From: a virus
Length of the DNA stretch: 64,000 bases
IMG/VR virus record: IMGVR_UViG_3300032116_000065
Location: 37,319 to 101,318 of that record
Reading direction: 5' to 3' (one strand)
Of this stretch, positions 28,797 through 38,253 are shown in pieces. The position numbers were made by a program, and so were the translations under genes. The notes under the pieces were generated by a model. The model was given only the letters and a program-made list of their open reading frames with translations, searched no databases and was not told the DNA's origin. Every line of letters starts with the position of its first letter. The first letter of the stretch is position 1.

Positions 28797-29969
28797 TTAC
28801 GCTATAAATCCTGGCTTGTAAACTGTTTTGCCCTTTTCTGTCAATGCAGTGAGTTTTTGTTTTCTATTTGGTCCTTTAGAAGTATATGATGCATGGACCC
28901 AACCCGAGTTTGGACCTTCTTTTGGATCATAAAATTCTAGAATAATCTGATCAAATTCACAATTCTCAGCAACCCACTTTGCTAGATCTGGATTTGGTAA
29001 ACCATCGATTTCGAAGTCTATGGCTTCTCCATTGCAATGCTGAGACTTGCTGCTTCCGCCGACGGCTGCATTAAGAGCGGGACCACGATAGCCACTGTTA
29101 ATACGAACAGGCTTGCCAAAGTGACGACGAACGGGTTCAAGAATTTTTTCGCAGACGTTTTTGAGGTTTTGAGCATGTTCAGCATTTGGTGTATTATCAA
29201 TTCTCTTACGAATCGCAGTCTCCGATTTTGTGAATTCCTTTAGATTGAAATGTTCAGAGAGTTGCATTTCAGGGGAAACTTTACCAGCAGGAGCCACAGG
29301 TGCTGCTGCTTTTGCTGGTACTGGTGCTACAACTTTTGGTGCTGCTCCAGCAGGTGCGCTTAACTGAGCGAAGTACGTTTTCGTCTTAGTCTTGCGATCT
29401 TCCAAGCCGTGAGTACCACCATTAACTTTTTTACTAACGGATAATATCGTAGCATCATTCACTCCTTGATCACAGATGCTCCAGAGTTTGTTTCGTTCGA
29501 AGAAAAACATTGCAGATTCGAATGCTAACTCAGTGGCAACGAGATCTGGGTTTGTCATTACATCTGGGCGATTGCAATACTTTGAGAAAGCAAGATAGTT
29601 GTCCTTGCCTGTCAATTGTAGTGCACCGCGACCACGATACTTCCAACCATCACCTGATGCTTCTGGTCCATTACCCATGCGTGATGCATAAACTCTATTT
29701 GCGATTCTTTCTGGCTTGCGCTCATATTGTAAAGCAATGGAATCTGTTGGAAAATATTTACCGAAAATACCACGGAGACCTTTGGCTCCATAGTTTAAAT
29801 TCTCAGTAAACGCCTTAAAGCCACCAGTCTCATGAGCAGTTTGCCCAAAGAAGTGTGCTGCTCTGGTTGGTGATAATTTATAGTAAGCGGCTGCAGCGCG
29901 TAGAGTTCCTGGACCCCATGCACCGTCAGCTGTTACTCCAATTTTCTTTTGTAATGCCGCTAAACTCAT
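28797..29969 (-). CDS. Endolysin: PG-binding segment + GH19 glycosidase + Ala/Pro linker + peptidase M15A
   Basis: LQKKIGVTADG.WGPGT; HFFGQTAHETGG...ENLNY...YRGRGALQLTGKDNY; SGYR...N.AVGGS.KSQH..GEA.D...WVH. Confidence 0.85.
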   Translation of the reverse strand: MSLAALQKKIGVTADGAWGPGTLRAAAAYYKLSPTRAAHFFGQTAHETGGFKAFTENLNYGAKGLRGIFGKYFPTDSIALQYERKPERIANRVYASRMGNGPEASGDGWKYRGRGALQLTGKDNYLAFSKYCNRPDVMTNPDLVATELAFESAMFFFERNKLWSICDQGVNDATILSVSKKVNGGTHGLEDRKTKTKTYFAQLSAPAGAAPKVVAPVPAKAAAPVAPAGKVSPEMQLSEHFNLKEFTKSETAIRKRIDNTPNAEHAQNLKNVCEKILEPVRRHFGKPVRINSGYRGPALNAAVGGSSKSQHCNGEAIDFEIDGLPNPDLAKWVAENCEFDQIILEFYDPKEGPNSGWVHASYTSKGPNRKQKLTALTEKGKTVYKPGFIA

Positions 29970-29977
29970 AAATCACC

Positions 29978-30388
29978 TCAGGCAATATGATCTTCTTCAT
30001 CGTCTGCTGCAGCAACAGCAGTGGCTCCAGCAGCACCGACAGCAGCAGCAACAACTAATGGTGCAAGTTCTGTTGGAGGTTCTGGGACTAGATCAGCAGG
30101 AGTAATTTCGAGTGGTTCTGGAGCCTTTGGTGCTTCAGGCATATCTTGTTTTTCACTCTTACCTAACATGATACCTGATAGGATACCTGTCAAAAATGTT
30201 GCGATTGGTGTAATTAACTCAAAAAACTTTGCGTCATTTGGCGATTGCTGCATTGGCTGTGTGACAAAGATAAGTGAGTAGAGAACTACAAACACAATTC
30301 CTGTCAATGTAAATGCCAATGATAGACCGACCGTGAATTTCAATCGAGCCATCAATTCTGATTCAGTATAACGTGGACCCTTAAACAT
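29978..30388 (-). CDS. Two-TM membrane protein in the lysis cassette (holin/spanin-like)
   Basis: Two hydrophobic helices and an acidic Pro-rich tail; adjacent to the endolysin. Confidence 0.55.
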   Translation of the reverse strand: MFKGPRYTESELMARLKFTVGLSLAFTLTGIVFVVLYSLIFVTQPMQQSPNDAKFFELITPIATFLTGILSGIMLGKSEKQDMPEAPKAPEPLEITPADLVPEPPTELAPLVVAAAVGAAGATAVAAADDEEDHIA

Positions 30389-30390
30389 AA

Positions 30391-30639
30391 TTATTCTCCT
30401 GTAGTTTCACAATTACAATCTGCAGCAGGTGCTGCTGGTTCTTCAACTGGAGTTTGCTCAACAACTGGTTGTGGTGGCAAACCATTTAATGTATCATAAC
30501 ACATGCCATCGGCTTCGCATATTGGGCGATTGCATTCTGCTTTATCTTTATTCTCTGGATCTTGACATGGATATCTATATGTATCTTCACACCCAAGTAG
30601 GGTAAATGACAAAGCAAGTAAGAAAGCGATTTTTTTCAT
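30391..30639 (-). CDS. Small lipoprotein (o-spanin-like)
   Basis: MKKIAFLLALSFTLLGC lipobox; Cys- and Pro-rich; in the lysis cassette. Confidence 0.65.
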   Translation of the reverse strand: MKKIAFLLALSFTLLGCEDTYRYPCQDPENKDKAECNRPICEADGMCYDTLNGLPPQPVVEQTPVEEPAAPAADCNCETTGE

Positions 30640-30640
30640 T

Positions 30641-31003
30641 TCATTTCTTCCCGTGCTTCAGAAAAAACATTGCGCCAGTGATCTCATCTTGAACAATTAT
30701 TCCAGAAGATGGATTTTGCGCGGCGAAATCACGAACATCCTCACCCAACGAACCAGAGACATAGGATGTATAGTGCTTGAACTTTTTCTTTCCCAAGACT
30801 GCCTTTTGATAGTCTTCAGAACGAACTTTGAATACTGGAATTCCACCAAACATATCATGTGGTGTGATGCGACGAAGCATCTTTTTCTTTTTACCTAAAC
30901 CAACTGGAGTTTGCTCTGCTGGAGTTGCTGTTGGCATTCCTGCTACAGCGCCACTACCGACACTCATTGCAATTGATTCATTGAATTCGTTAAACTTTTT
31001 CAT
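30641..31003 (-). CDS. Putative internal head protein
   Basis: N-terminus MKKFNEFNE resembles the T4 capsid-targeting sequence (MKTYQEFIAE). Confidence 0.6.
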   Translation of the reverse strand: MKKFNEFNESIAMSVGSGAVAGMPTATPAEQTPVGLGKKKKMLRRITPHDMFGGIPVFKVRSEDYQKAVLGKKKFKHYTSYVSGSLGEDVRDFAAQNPSSGIIVQDEITGAMFFLKHGKK

Positions 31004-31006
31004 TAC

Positions 31007-31035
31007 TTGATTTTGTCTTTATTTTCTATTATAAT
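31007..31035 (+). promoter_or_regulatory. Antisense sigma70-like promoter TTGATT-N17-TATAAT
   Basis: -35 at 31007-31012 and -10 at 31030-31035 in a 50-bp intergenic gap, opposite to all genes. Confidence 0.5.
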
Positions 31036-31053
31036 CAGTATGTCCGCTATGAA

Positions 31054-31443
31054 CTAAAGATCTCTTAGAACACTTACAATTCTATTGTCTAATTCAATAT
31101 CACTTGAGATTATGTCTTCACCTCTTATCCCTTGTATCACCTTTGGCATCGCTGATGTGTAAACGAGAAACGTTTTAAGAGCACTATAATCTTTTTCATC
31201 AATACATAAAAATAACATTCTAGTACACGGTATAATGCCAAAAACATTTTGAGCAACTACAAGATGATTAAGAATAAGTCTTTCCTTCAACTCTCCTGTA
31301 ATTCTATATCGATGCAGTAATCGCTTTATATAACGAAGTTTTTTATAATCTTCATCGAACTCACTATCAATGCAGTTTGGCTTATCATAGCACTTGGCTG
31401 CATATAATAAAATATTCGATTCATTCAATTCATCAAAAAACAT
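31054..31443 (-). CDS. Conserved T4-like phage hypothetical protein
   Basis: EL...N..LYA.K.Y..P.C....EF.ED.K...YIKRL..RY...GELKERLILNH pattern recurrent in T4-like phages. Confidence 0.75.
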   Translation of the reverse strand: MFFDELNESNILLYAAKCYDKPNCIDSEFDEDYKKLRYIKRLLHRYRITGELKERLILNHLVVAQNVFGIIPCTRMLFLCIDEKDYSALKTFLVYTSAMPKVIQGIRGEDIISSDIELDNRIVSVLRDL

Positions 31444-31446
31444 ATA

Positions 31447-31905
31447 TTAGTATTCGTCGCTATTGCCTGCGTCATCATCTCTCTTGCGATAGGTATTTGG
31501 TGGAATAAGCATTGCTTCTCTCTCACCAGCCAAGTCCTCAACAGACATGCCCATCAAATCTTGCAATTCATCACTTGAAACGACTTGCGCATAACCATCA
31601 ACAAATCCATCTTCTTCATGCGTATCGTATACAATGTAAAGATGAAACCCACTAGTGCCAAGAGAGTATACTAACTCAGCACCAAGATTCATGAATTCAG
31701 GTGTTGCTGATTGAGGAATCTGAATTCCATAACGCTCACAAACACCACGCAACTGCGCTAAAAACACAGGAGCATTTTGATATGGCTTCAATGTGAGATT
31801 ATCGAGCTCATCATTGAATGCTTCCATATTTTCTGAGAGTCTGCGACTATCGGTATCAATAGTATCGTCAACACTTTCGTTTATAAATTGTTTGAACTTC
31901 AGCAT
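31447..31905 (-). CDS. Putative internal head protein (acidic)
   Basis: N-terminus MLKFKQFINE resembles a capsid-targeting sequence. Confidence 0.6.
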   Translation of the reverse strand: MLKFKQFINESVDDTIDTDSRRLSENMEAFNDELDNLTLKPYQNAPVFLAQLRGVCERYGIQIPQSATPEFMNLGAELVYSLGTSGFHLYIVYDTHEEDGFVDGYAQVVSSDELQDLMGMSVEDLAGEREAMLIPPNTYRKRDDDAGNSDEY

Positions 31906-31908
31906 TGA

Positions 31909-33789
31909 TCAATCCTTATAACTGTCTAGATCAAGAGTTGGTTTTAGATCAATTTTATTCACTTTACCTTTTGCTGCTTTGATCATTTTGTCAGCAGCTT
32001 TTACTTTCTTATTTACCACTTTCATAGAACCTGGATCTACTGCCTCTTTCTTCATCTCTCTTCGTTTTAGAGCAGCAAGAGTTCCTGCCTGCACTGGTTT
32101 TTCAACCTTAGAAAGAGCATCAGACTTGGCTTGAGCAGCACGAACAGCGGGTGACATCTTGTATCCAGCATCACGCTTGTCTGAATCAACGCCATGTCGT
32201 AGATCCATTGCTTTCATTGAAGCGCGCATACCGTACATTACAGATTTGCCTTCTTTTGATGCTTCTGAGATTTCAACTTCTTCGAAATAATCTTTCATAT
32301 GTTTTTCAGTGTCTTTTTTAGTCTGATTTGGACCAAGACCACCGAGTTTTGTCATGCGACGAATATACTTCTTAGAAGCAGCACCAGCACGAGCATTCTT
32401 ATCTCGATTCAAAAAGTTCTTGACATCAGATGACTTTGGACGAGCAGCAGCCTCTGGATCAAAACGCATGTTGGCTTCATCAACCTGCTCGACATCTTCT
32501 TTCTTTATCGCTCTAACATATCCAGTGTCCATGTGTTTGATTGGGGCATAACCAATATCTTTATTGAATCCTTTGACACCTGGCTCACCTGTGATTTTGC
32601 GACGCTCTTTTGCTGCTTGAGCGAGACGATCTCTGGCATCTGATGCCGAGAACGACCATGGTCGGATTTTGACATTTGATTTCCTAATCAAACCTCTTTC
32701 AGCATCAACAATACGAACAGCTTCGTCTGTTTGCTCGACTTCTTCATTTGCGATGGCTCTTCTTGCTGCCGCTTTTTGTGCAGTGGTAAGACCTGCGCCC
32801 TTGCCGAATTTCCTTACATTTGATCTGTTGCGATAAAGAAGTGTTTTTAGTTTCTCTTTCTTTGTTTTCTTGGCTTCATCAACCTGCTCGGCTTCTTCCT
32901 TCACATCTTTCTTCTTCATTCTCATGAGATTATCATGGAATGCTGAAGCCTTGACTGGATCAGTTTTTGCAAGTTTATCAAAGATCTTTTTGTTGTTTTT
33001 ATCAACTTCAGATTGTGTGCCTAAACGCCACTCTGCTTTCCAGTAAGATGGCTTGAGTTTCTTTTGGGCTTCATCAACCTGTTCGGCTTCTTCGCCCATC
33101 TGAACTAAACTTCTGCTCACATCGCCAATTTTCTTTTTAGTTTTTGCTGTATCCAAACCGTATTTCTTTTGGTGAGCGTGAACTGCTTTCAAATACGATA
33201 GATGCATTTTCATTGCATCTTTTCCGCCAGTCATTGAACCCTTTTCCATGCTCTGGACTTTTTGCCAATCAGCGGCTTGGTCTTCGTTTACTGATTCGAC
33301 TTCTTCTTTCTTCAACTCTTTCGCACGACGCTCAGAGGCTGGCATTTCTTGATCCTGCTTTCTTTGCAATTCAGCAGCACGCTTATCTGATGCTGGAACT
33401 TGACCTGACGCACCAATATCATGCAATCGCTGTGCAAGTGCTGGGCGTTCTTGAGCAAGTTGAGCCACTGACTTTGTTGTGTCAGTGTGAGCCTTTGCGC
33501 CCATGGAAGCAAGCGCCATTGCACCAACGGCAAGTGCTTTTGCAATCTTTCCTTCTTCAAGTTCAGTTTCTTCTGAAATCAATGCACTTGTTGATTCTTC
33601 AATTTTCTGCTCAACAATGTTTGCAGATTGAATACGAAATCCAAGTGAACGCTGCTGATTTGCAGCACGATTCAAGGCTTCGTCAGCACTTTGAGCCTCA
33701 ACAACACGATTGACTGTTTCAACGCGACGTCGCAAAGAAACATGTTCGTGAGAAGGATTGGTGTATTTGAGTTCGACTACATGTTTCAT
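31909..33789 (-). CDS. Putative head-packaged polyprotein of basic modules separated by EE(V/A)EQVDE linkers
   Basis: Repeated EEAEQVDEA / EEVEQTDEA / EDVEQVDEA linkers between Lys/Arg-rich segments. Confidence 0.65.
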   Translation of the reverse strand: MKHVVELKYTNPSHEHVSLRRRVETVNRVVEAQSADEALNRAANQQRSLGFRIQSANIVEQKIEESTSALISEETELEEGKIAKALAVGAMALASMGAKAHTDTTKSVAQLAQERPALAQRLHDIGASGQVPASDKRAAELQRKQDQEMPASERRAKELKKEEVESVNEDQAADWQKVQSMEKGSMTGGKDAMKMHLSYLKAVHAHQKKYGLDTAKTKKKIGDVSRSLVQMGEEAEQVDEAQKKLKPSYWKAEWRLGTQSEVDKNNKKIFDKLAKTDPVKASAFHDNLMRMKKKDVKEEAEQVDEAKKTKKEKLKTLLYRNRSNVRKFGKGAGLTTAQKAAARRAIANEEVEQTDEAVRIVDAERGLIRKSNVKIRPWSFSASDARDRLAQAAKERRKITGEPGVKGFNKDIGYAPIKHMDTGYVRAIKKEDVEQVDEANMRFDPEAAARPKSSDVKNFLNRDKNARAGAASKKYIRRMTKLGGLGPNQTKKDTEKHMKDYFEEVEISEASKEGKSVMYGMRASMKAMDLRHGVDSDKRDAGYKMSPAVRAAQAKSDALSKVEKPVQAGTLAALKRREMKKEAVDPGSMKVVNKKVKAADKMIKAAKGKVNKIDLKPTLDLDSYKD

Positions 33790-33790
33790 A

Positions 33791-35251
33791 TTACTTACCC
33801 ATCTTCTTTGCAGCGGCTGATTTGAGTCTTGCCTTGATTACATCACCATATGTGATTTTTGTTTTATCGCCGTGATGCGCAGCGAGTGCCTTTTCCTTTG
33901 GAGTTACAGCAACAGTGCCTTCACCTTCTGTTACGACTTCTTCGCGCATTCCTGCTTCTCGCTCAGCGCCAAGTTTTGCGGCAACAGCCATCTCACGACG
34001 CTTTGCCATGCTCTTTCCTTTGAACTGAGGTGCCTTTGATTTATAGAAGTCTTTCACAACATCACCCATCTTGGCTTTTGCCAAATTCATTTTCTCATCA
34101 ATCTGTTCGACTTCTTCGTTCATCTCACCTTGCATATAATTTGATGCAGTTGAAATGTAATCTTCAGCAAGAGTAATCTTGCTCTGTACCCACTCAGGAA
34201 GATTTGTATTTTCTTCGAGCATATCATGCATACGCTTTGAGTTTGCCATGATACTACGAAGTTGAGACTTTGCCATATCTCCTTCGTAATCATACTCGCC
34301 GACGTCTGCTGCATCTTTGACTGCCTCATTGACATCTTCTTTTTGCATGGTCTTTTCCATTGATTTATGAATTGCAGAGACGCCACCCTTCATAGCCTTG
34401 CGAGCAAGTGAACGAACGTAGCGATATCCTGCTGGTTGTTTTCCTGGTGGCATTTTTGGTTTCTCCTTGACTGGACCGCCGATAACTGCTTCAGCTTCTT
34501 TCTTTGTGACTTCGTCGAGTTCAACTGACTCAGTGGCAAATTTTTCTTTTTTACTTGGTGTGAGCATTTTGTTTAGTAATCCTGCACGAGCCAACCCAAG
34601 ATTTTTACCAATCTGATTTCTCATGACATGTTTGCCACCTGCGGCTTTTGCAACTGTTGTATCGTGTTTTGATGCCAATGCTGTTCCTGCTCTAAATTTG
34701 GCTTTTTGTGGCTTATATACAGTAACCTTTCCACCTCTTTCTAGAAATTTTGTGACATCTGATGCGATATCAACAGAGGAAGGTTTCTTGATGACTTTAT
34801 CCATCATACGACTAACTTCGCCAATCATTTCTTTATCAACTGATTCTTTTTTGAGTTTGAGTGATCGTGGACCAACTTTCTTTGCTTTCTCTGACTCATA
34901 TGGATCTAGTGAAACTTTTGGGTTATATCCTGCTTTGATTCCAGCAACGATACCCTTTGCCGTTGACATATTTGATCCAGCCATAGAACTATGCCCACCA
35001 GAACCAGCAGCACCGATTGGTTGACGACCGCCCTTTGCCATATAAGCCTTTTGTTTTGCAGCATTGATGGCGCGAACAGAATTTGGTTCGACAGCAATTT
35101 CTTTTCTTGGTGCAACTTTTACACGTTTTGCTGCTGCAGCAGATCTGCCGCCAGCATCATCAGGCATCGCCATATTATTTTTCTTATACCAAGCCTTTTG
35201 TGCAGCCTTTGACATCTTGTGCAAGAGTGCTGGAACTTTTACGTCTGCCAT
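33791..35251 (-). CDS. Putative head-packaged polyprotein (basic modules, acidic E-linkers)
   Basis: ESVELDE, EDVNE, EEVEQIDE, EEVVTE linkers; EGDMAKSQL...LPEWVQSKIT module. Confidence 0.65.
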   Translation of the reverse strand: MADVKVPALLHKMSKAAQKAWYKKNNMAMPDDAGGRSAAAAKRVKVAPRKEIAVEPNSVRAINAAKQKAYMAKGGRQPIGAAGSGGHSSMAGSNMSTAKGIVAGIKAGYNPKVSLDPYESEKAKKVGPRSLKLKKESVDKEMIGEVSRMMDKVIKKPSSVDIASDVTKFLERGGKVTVYKPQKAKFRAGTALASKHDTTVAKAAGGKHVMRNQIGKNLGLARAGLLNKMLTPSKKEKFATESVELDEVTKKEAEAVIGGPVKEKPKMPPGKQPAGYRYVRSLARKAMKGGVSAIHKSMEKTMQKEDVNEAVKDAADVGEYDYEGDMAKSQLRSIMANSKRMHDMLEENTNLPEWVQSKITLAEDYISTASNYMQGEMNEEVEQIDEKMNLAKAKMGDVVKDFYKSKAPQFKGKSMAKRREMAVAAKLGAEREAGMREEVVTEGEGTVAVTPKEKALAAHHGDKTKITYGDVIKARLKSAAAKKMGK

Positions 35252-35530
35252 TTAGAATTCCTCGATCTTTACTGTAAGATCTGTTGTCCCACGTTTTAGT
35301 CTATGAAAGGTTTTTGCGGGAATAAAAAACCTATCGCCCTTGTATAACTTTTCTGGTAACTTATCGTCAAACTGGATCTCCCAGCCACTACCCTCTAATA
35401 CTTCTATAAATCTACCATTTTCATCACGATGCCAAGCCAACTCTTCATTCAACACATCATGTTTGAAGGTTCGTATAAAGGACCAATTATTTAGTTTTTG
35501 ATCCTCATATGGCTTATTTTCTACCACCAT
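35252..35530 (-). CDS. Small cupin-fold protein
   Basis: WHRD...VLEG.GW..Q.D...IP...FHRL..G. Confidence 0.65.
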   Translation of the reverse strand: MVVENKPYEDQKLNNWSFIRTFKHDVLNEELAWHRDENGRFIEVLEGSGWEIQFDDKLPEKLYKGDRFFIPAKTFHRLKRGTTDLTVKIEEF

Positions 35531-38253
35531 GTTTTTCCTGAATTGCTAAAGAATCTTGGCCAACGGCATGCCCAATAAGATCTTGACGTCTTATCTTTAT
35601 TAGACAAGCAGTGATGACGAGCAACGAAACTGCGAGTTGCTGCAGGATCGTTGAACTTCTTTGTCATTCCAGATTGGCTAAAATTGATCTTGCGAATGCC
35701 GTCTCCAACACGAACATATACAGCGCCACCACCACCAGAGCGAAATGGTTTGCCGATACCCTTACCACCAGTTGGATCTTCTGCTTCACTCATCGGAACG
35801 CAGTTAGGGACCATCTTATCACCTTTCTTTTTCATTCCCTTCTGAGTGTAACCAGTCCAGCACTCCTCAAGACCCTCTTCGATTGGATAATCAAGAACGA
35901 CTGCTTGACCCTCGAACTCTGCGATTTCGCCAATATCTGTTTGAAGCATGTCTTTTTCCCATTCGTCTTTAGGAGTATACTTTCCTTCTTTATAAAGACG
36001 CTTGGCTTCTTTGATCATTTCAAAGAACATTTCAGATGCTGGACGAAAAACGTTTTCTGTGATCGAAATATTATTCTCGAGGTGATACTGAACTGCCTCT
36101 TCAAGAGTTAGTTCTGGAGCATCTTCTTCTTTGACAAGTTTCCAACCAGCGATATGGTCTTTGACTCGCTTATATCCTTTTGGAACAGCATGACCGCCTG
36201 GAGGTGCTGGAACCTGACGAGGAGTTGGCATAAACTTATCCTCTGGCTTCTTTTCTTCATATGCATTGAAGCGAGAAGCAACAGGAAGTCCCTGCATTGT
36301 TGAATCAATATTTCTTGGTGGAGTTTTGATATTTGATGCTTTCTTTTTAGAGTCACCTAATTTTGGATCAAACACTGCAGTTACTTGAGTGTCTTCTTCT
36401 TTTTCTTTTTTGGCTTCTGTTCTGAGGTCTCTAAAACTCTTTGGAACACTTCGCTCACCTCTTCCTCCAGTCGATTCATTTTGATTGCTATCGTCGCAGC
36501 CGCAATCGCTTTCGCATCCACAATCGGTTTCTTCTGGAATAGCATTCTTTTTAGATTTGTAAGCATCTTCAACTTCTCCCTGTCCTGGCGTCATAGCAAT
36601 GGCATGCTTACGATATTCGTCTGTACCCACCAATTGCATCTCAAATAGCGCATCTAGATCTTCTACATCTTCACGCAGATCTTTATCTGCTGTATGATAT
36701 GTCTTACCTTTGTTGATATAAGAATTCACACGAGCATGACCCCACTGTTGTGGTGTTGTTCCTGGACGATGTCCTGAATTCCAAGCAGCAACTCCGCGAT
36801 TATAAACTTTACGGAGTGTGCCGACAGAGATACCAGACTTCTCCGCTTTTGCTGAGATAGAAGAATCAGAAGCACCTTCGTTGACACGCCCAGTATCTTT
36901 ACGCTTGTCCATCACTGCAGTGATGTTGCCACTACGAGCAATGCGGCGAACCTTTTGTTGCTCAGCCTCATCCATCATCTTACGAACAGCGAGAGTATGC
37001 TTGCTTGGTTTCGTTTTTGCAGTTGCATCGCCAGGAGCTGGCTCATATGCACGCGGATCACTGTCAGATAACTTTGATTTTTCTTTCCAATGAGCTGCTC
37101 TTGCTTTCGCTGTTGAGGCACTCAATCCACGAACATATTTCTTAGGTAATCCTGATGCCTTATCTTTTGCAACTGTAGGAAACTTCTTTTCGCGAAGAAT
37201 TGAAAACGATTTTGGTGCTGGAGTTTCTTCAATGTGAAGTCCGAGTTCAACAACTCTTTCTAGAAGTTTTTCGATTTGAGAACCGAAAAACAATCTTTCC
37301 ATCTCTGATGATTCGTTGAGATTGATTGAGTTATTGAAAATAAATGCTTCAACATCTTTTGCTAATTGCTCAGCTTTTAGATATTTGTCAATACGCTTTG
37401 ATTCAGTAATTGGTTGTTCACGCTGTTCATTGCGCAAACGAGAAACTTTATTTGTAACAGATACATGAACAAAATCAAAGGTGTAGCCTTCGAGCATATT
37501 CTGTACTAGTTCGATCTTCTCAGCATCATTAGCGCCATTGATGACGATATTTTTATTTGATTCGAATAGTTCTGCAGCAGCACCATTGAGAATTTGATCG
37601 GCTTGAACCTCAGTTAGGTCGAAACGAGAAAAGATATTCTTGAGAAGATAATCCTTTCCGCTTCCTGGACCACCAAGTAGAAAAATGCCGACTGGGTTTG
37701 TTGATTCCATTTGCATACCTGCTTTTACCTTATCATGTATATGTGCGCCCAATTTTGGATCGCTATAGTGTGAAACAAATTCGTTTTTCTTGCCAGCAGC
37801 AACTAATCCACGAAGTTTAGAAGCAGACATACCTTCAGCACCTTCTGCGTCTGGATCTCGATGACCTGCTGATACAACGTTCACTTTTTTGATTCCTGGA
37901 AATTCTTTAGTTCTATATTTATTGAGTAGAGAATGGAAGTTATCAACGCGATCAGAACCAACAACCATTGTAACTTCTTTGTGTCCTTGTTTCTCTAAAT
38001 GCTTCATCGCATCAATTGCTGTGCGCACTTTACCAGAGGAAACAACATTTGCGTTTGGAAACATGCGATTCATTGCGCCAACTTTGTCACCATGAGTCAA
38101 TGGATTTTTCTTGGAATCTTGAGAGTGTGATGGGAAGATGTAATGACGACCGCCAGTTTTTTCTGCATGTGATTGAACTGCGCTCACCAATTTACCATGA
38201 CCCACTTCTGTTGGTGGGTTGAATCTTCCAAAGGTAAATGTTGCTTTACTCAT
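35521..38253 (-). CDS. Multidomain protein: cytidyltransferase-like (HIGH-type) domain, P-loop kinase-like domain and further small phage domains joined by E-linkers
   Basis: FTFGRFNPPT.VGH.KL...MVVGSDRV...VVSAG.RDPDAEG..GMSASK; LLGGPGSGKD; later modules VYNRG.AAW.SGHRPG.TPQQW and F.ARH.C...YWAC. Confidence 0.75.
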   Translation of the reverse strand: MSKATFTFGRFNPPTEVGHGKLVSAVQSHAEKTGGRHYIFPSHSQDSKKNPLTHGDKVGAMNRMFPNANVVSSGKVRTAIDAMKHLEKQGHKEVTMVVGSDRVDNFHSLLNKYRTKEFPGIKKVNVVSAGHRDPDAEGAEGMSASKLRGLVAAGKKNEFVSHYSDPKLGAHIHDKVKAGMQMESTNPVGIFLLGGPGSGKDYLLKNIFSRFDLTEVQADQILNGAAAELFESNKNIVINGANDAEKIELVQNMLEGYTFDFVHVSVTNKVSRLRNEQREQPITESKRIDKYLKAEQLAKDVEAFIFNNSINLNESSEMERLFFGSQIEKLLERVVELGLHIEETPAPKSFSILREKKFPTVAKDKASGLPKKYVRGLSASTAKARAAHWKEKSKLSDSDPRAYEPAPGDATAKTKPSKHTLAVRKMMDEAEQQKVRRIARSGNITAVMDKRKDTGRVNEGASDSSISAKAEKSGISVGTLRKVYNRGVAAWNSGHRPGTTPQQWGHARVNSYINKGKTYHTADKDLREDVEDLDALFEMQLVGTDEYRKHAIAMTPGQGEVEDAYKSKKNAIPEETDCGCESDCGCDDSNQNESTGGRGERSVPKSFRDLRTEAKKEKEEDTQVTAVFDPKLGDSKKKASNIKTPPRNIDSTMQGLPVASRFNAYEEKKPEDKFMPTPRQVPAPPGGHAVPKGYKRVKDHIAGWKLVKEEDAPELTLEEAVQYHLENNISITENVFRPASEMFFEMIKEAKRLYKEGKYTPKDEWEKDMLQTDIGEIAEFEGQAVVLDYPIEEGLEECWTGYTQKGMKKKGDKMVPNCVPMSEAEDPTGGKGIGKPFRSGGGGAVYVRVGDGIRKINFSQSGMTKKFNDPAATRSFVARHHCLSNKDKTSRSYWACRWPRFFSNSGKTWW

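Noticed and set aside
35252-35530. Cupin as the missing RmlC epimerase
   Set aside because: Too short, lacks recognisable RmlC motifs, and lies in the late head-protein block rather than the sugar operon.
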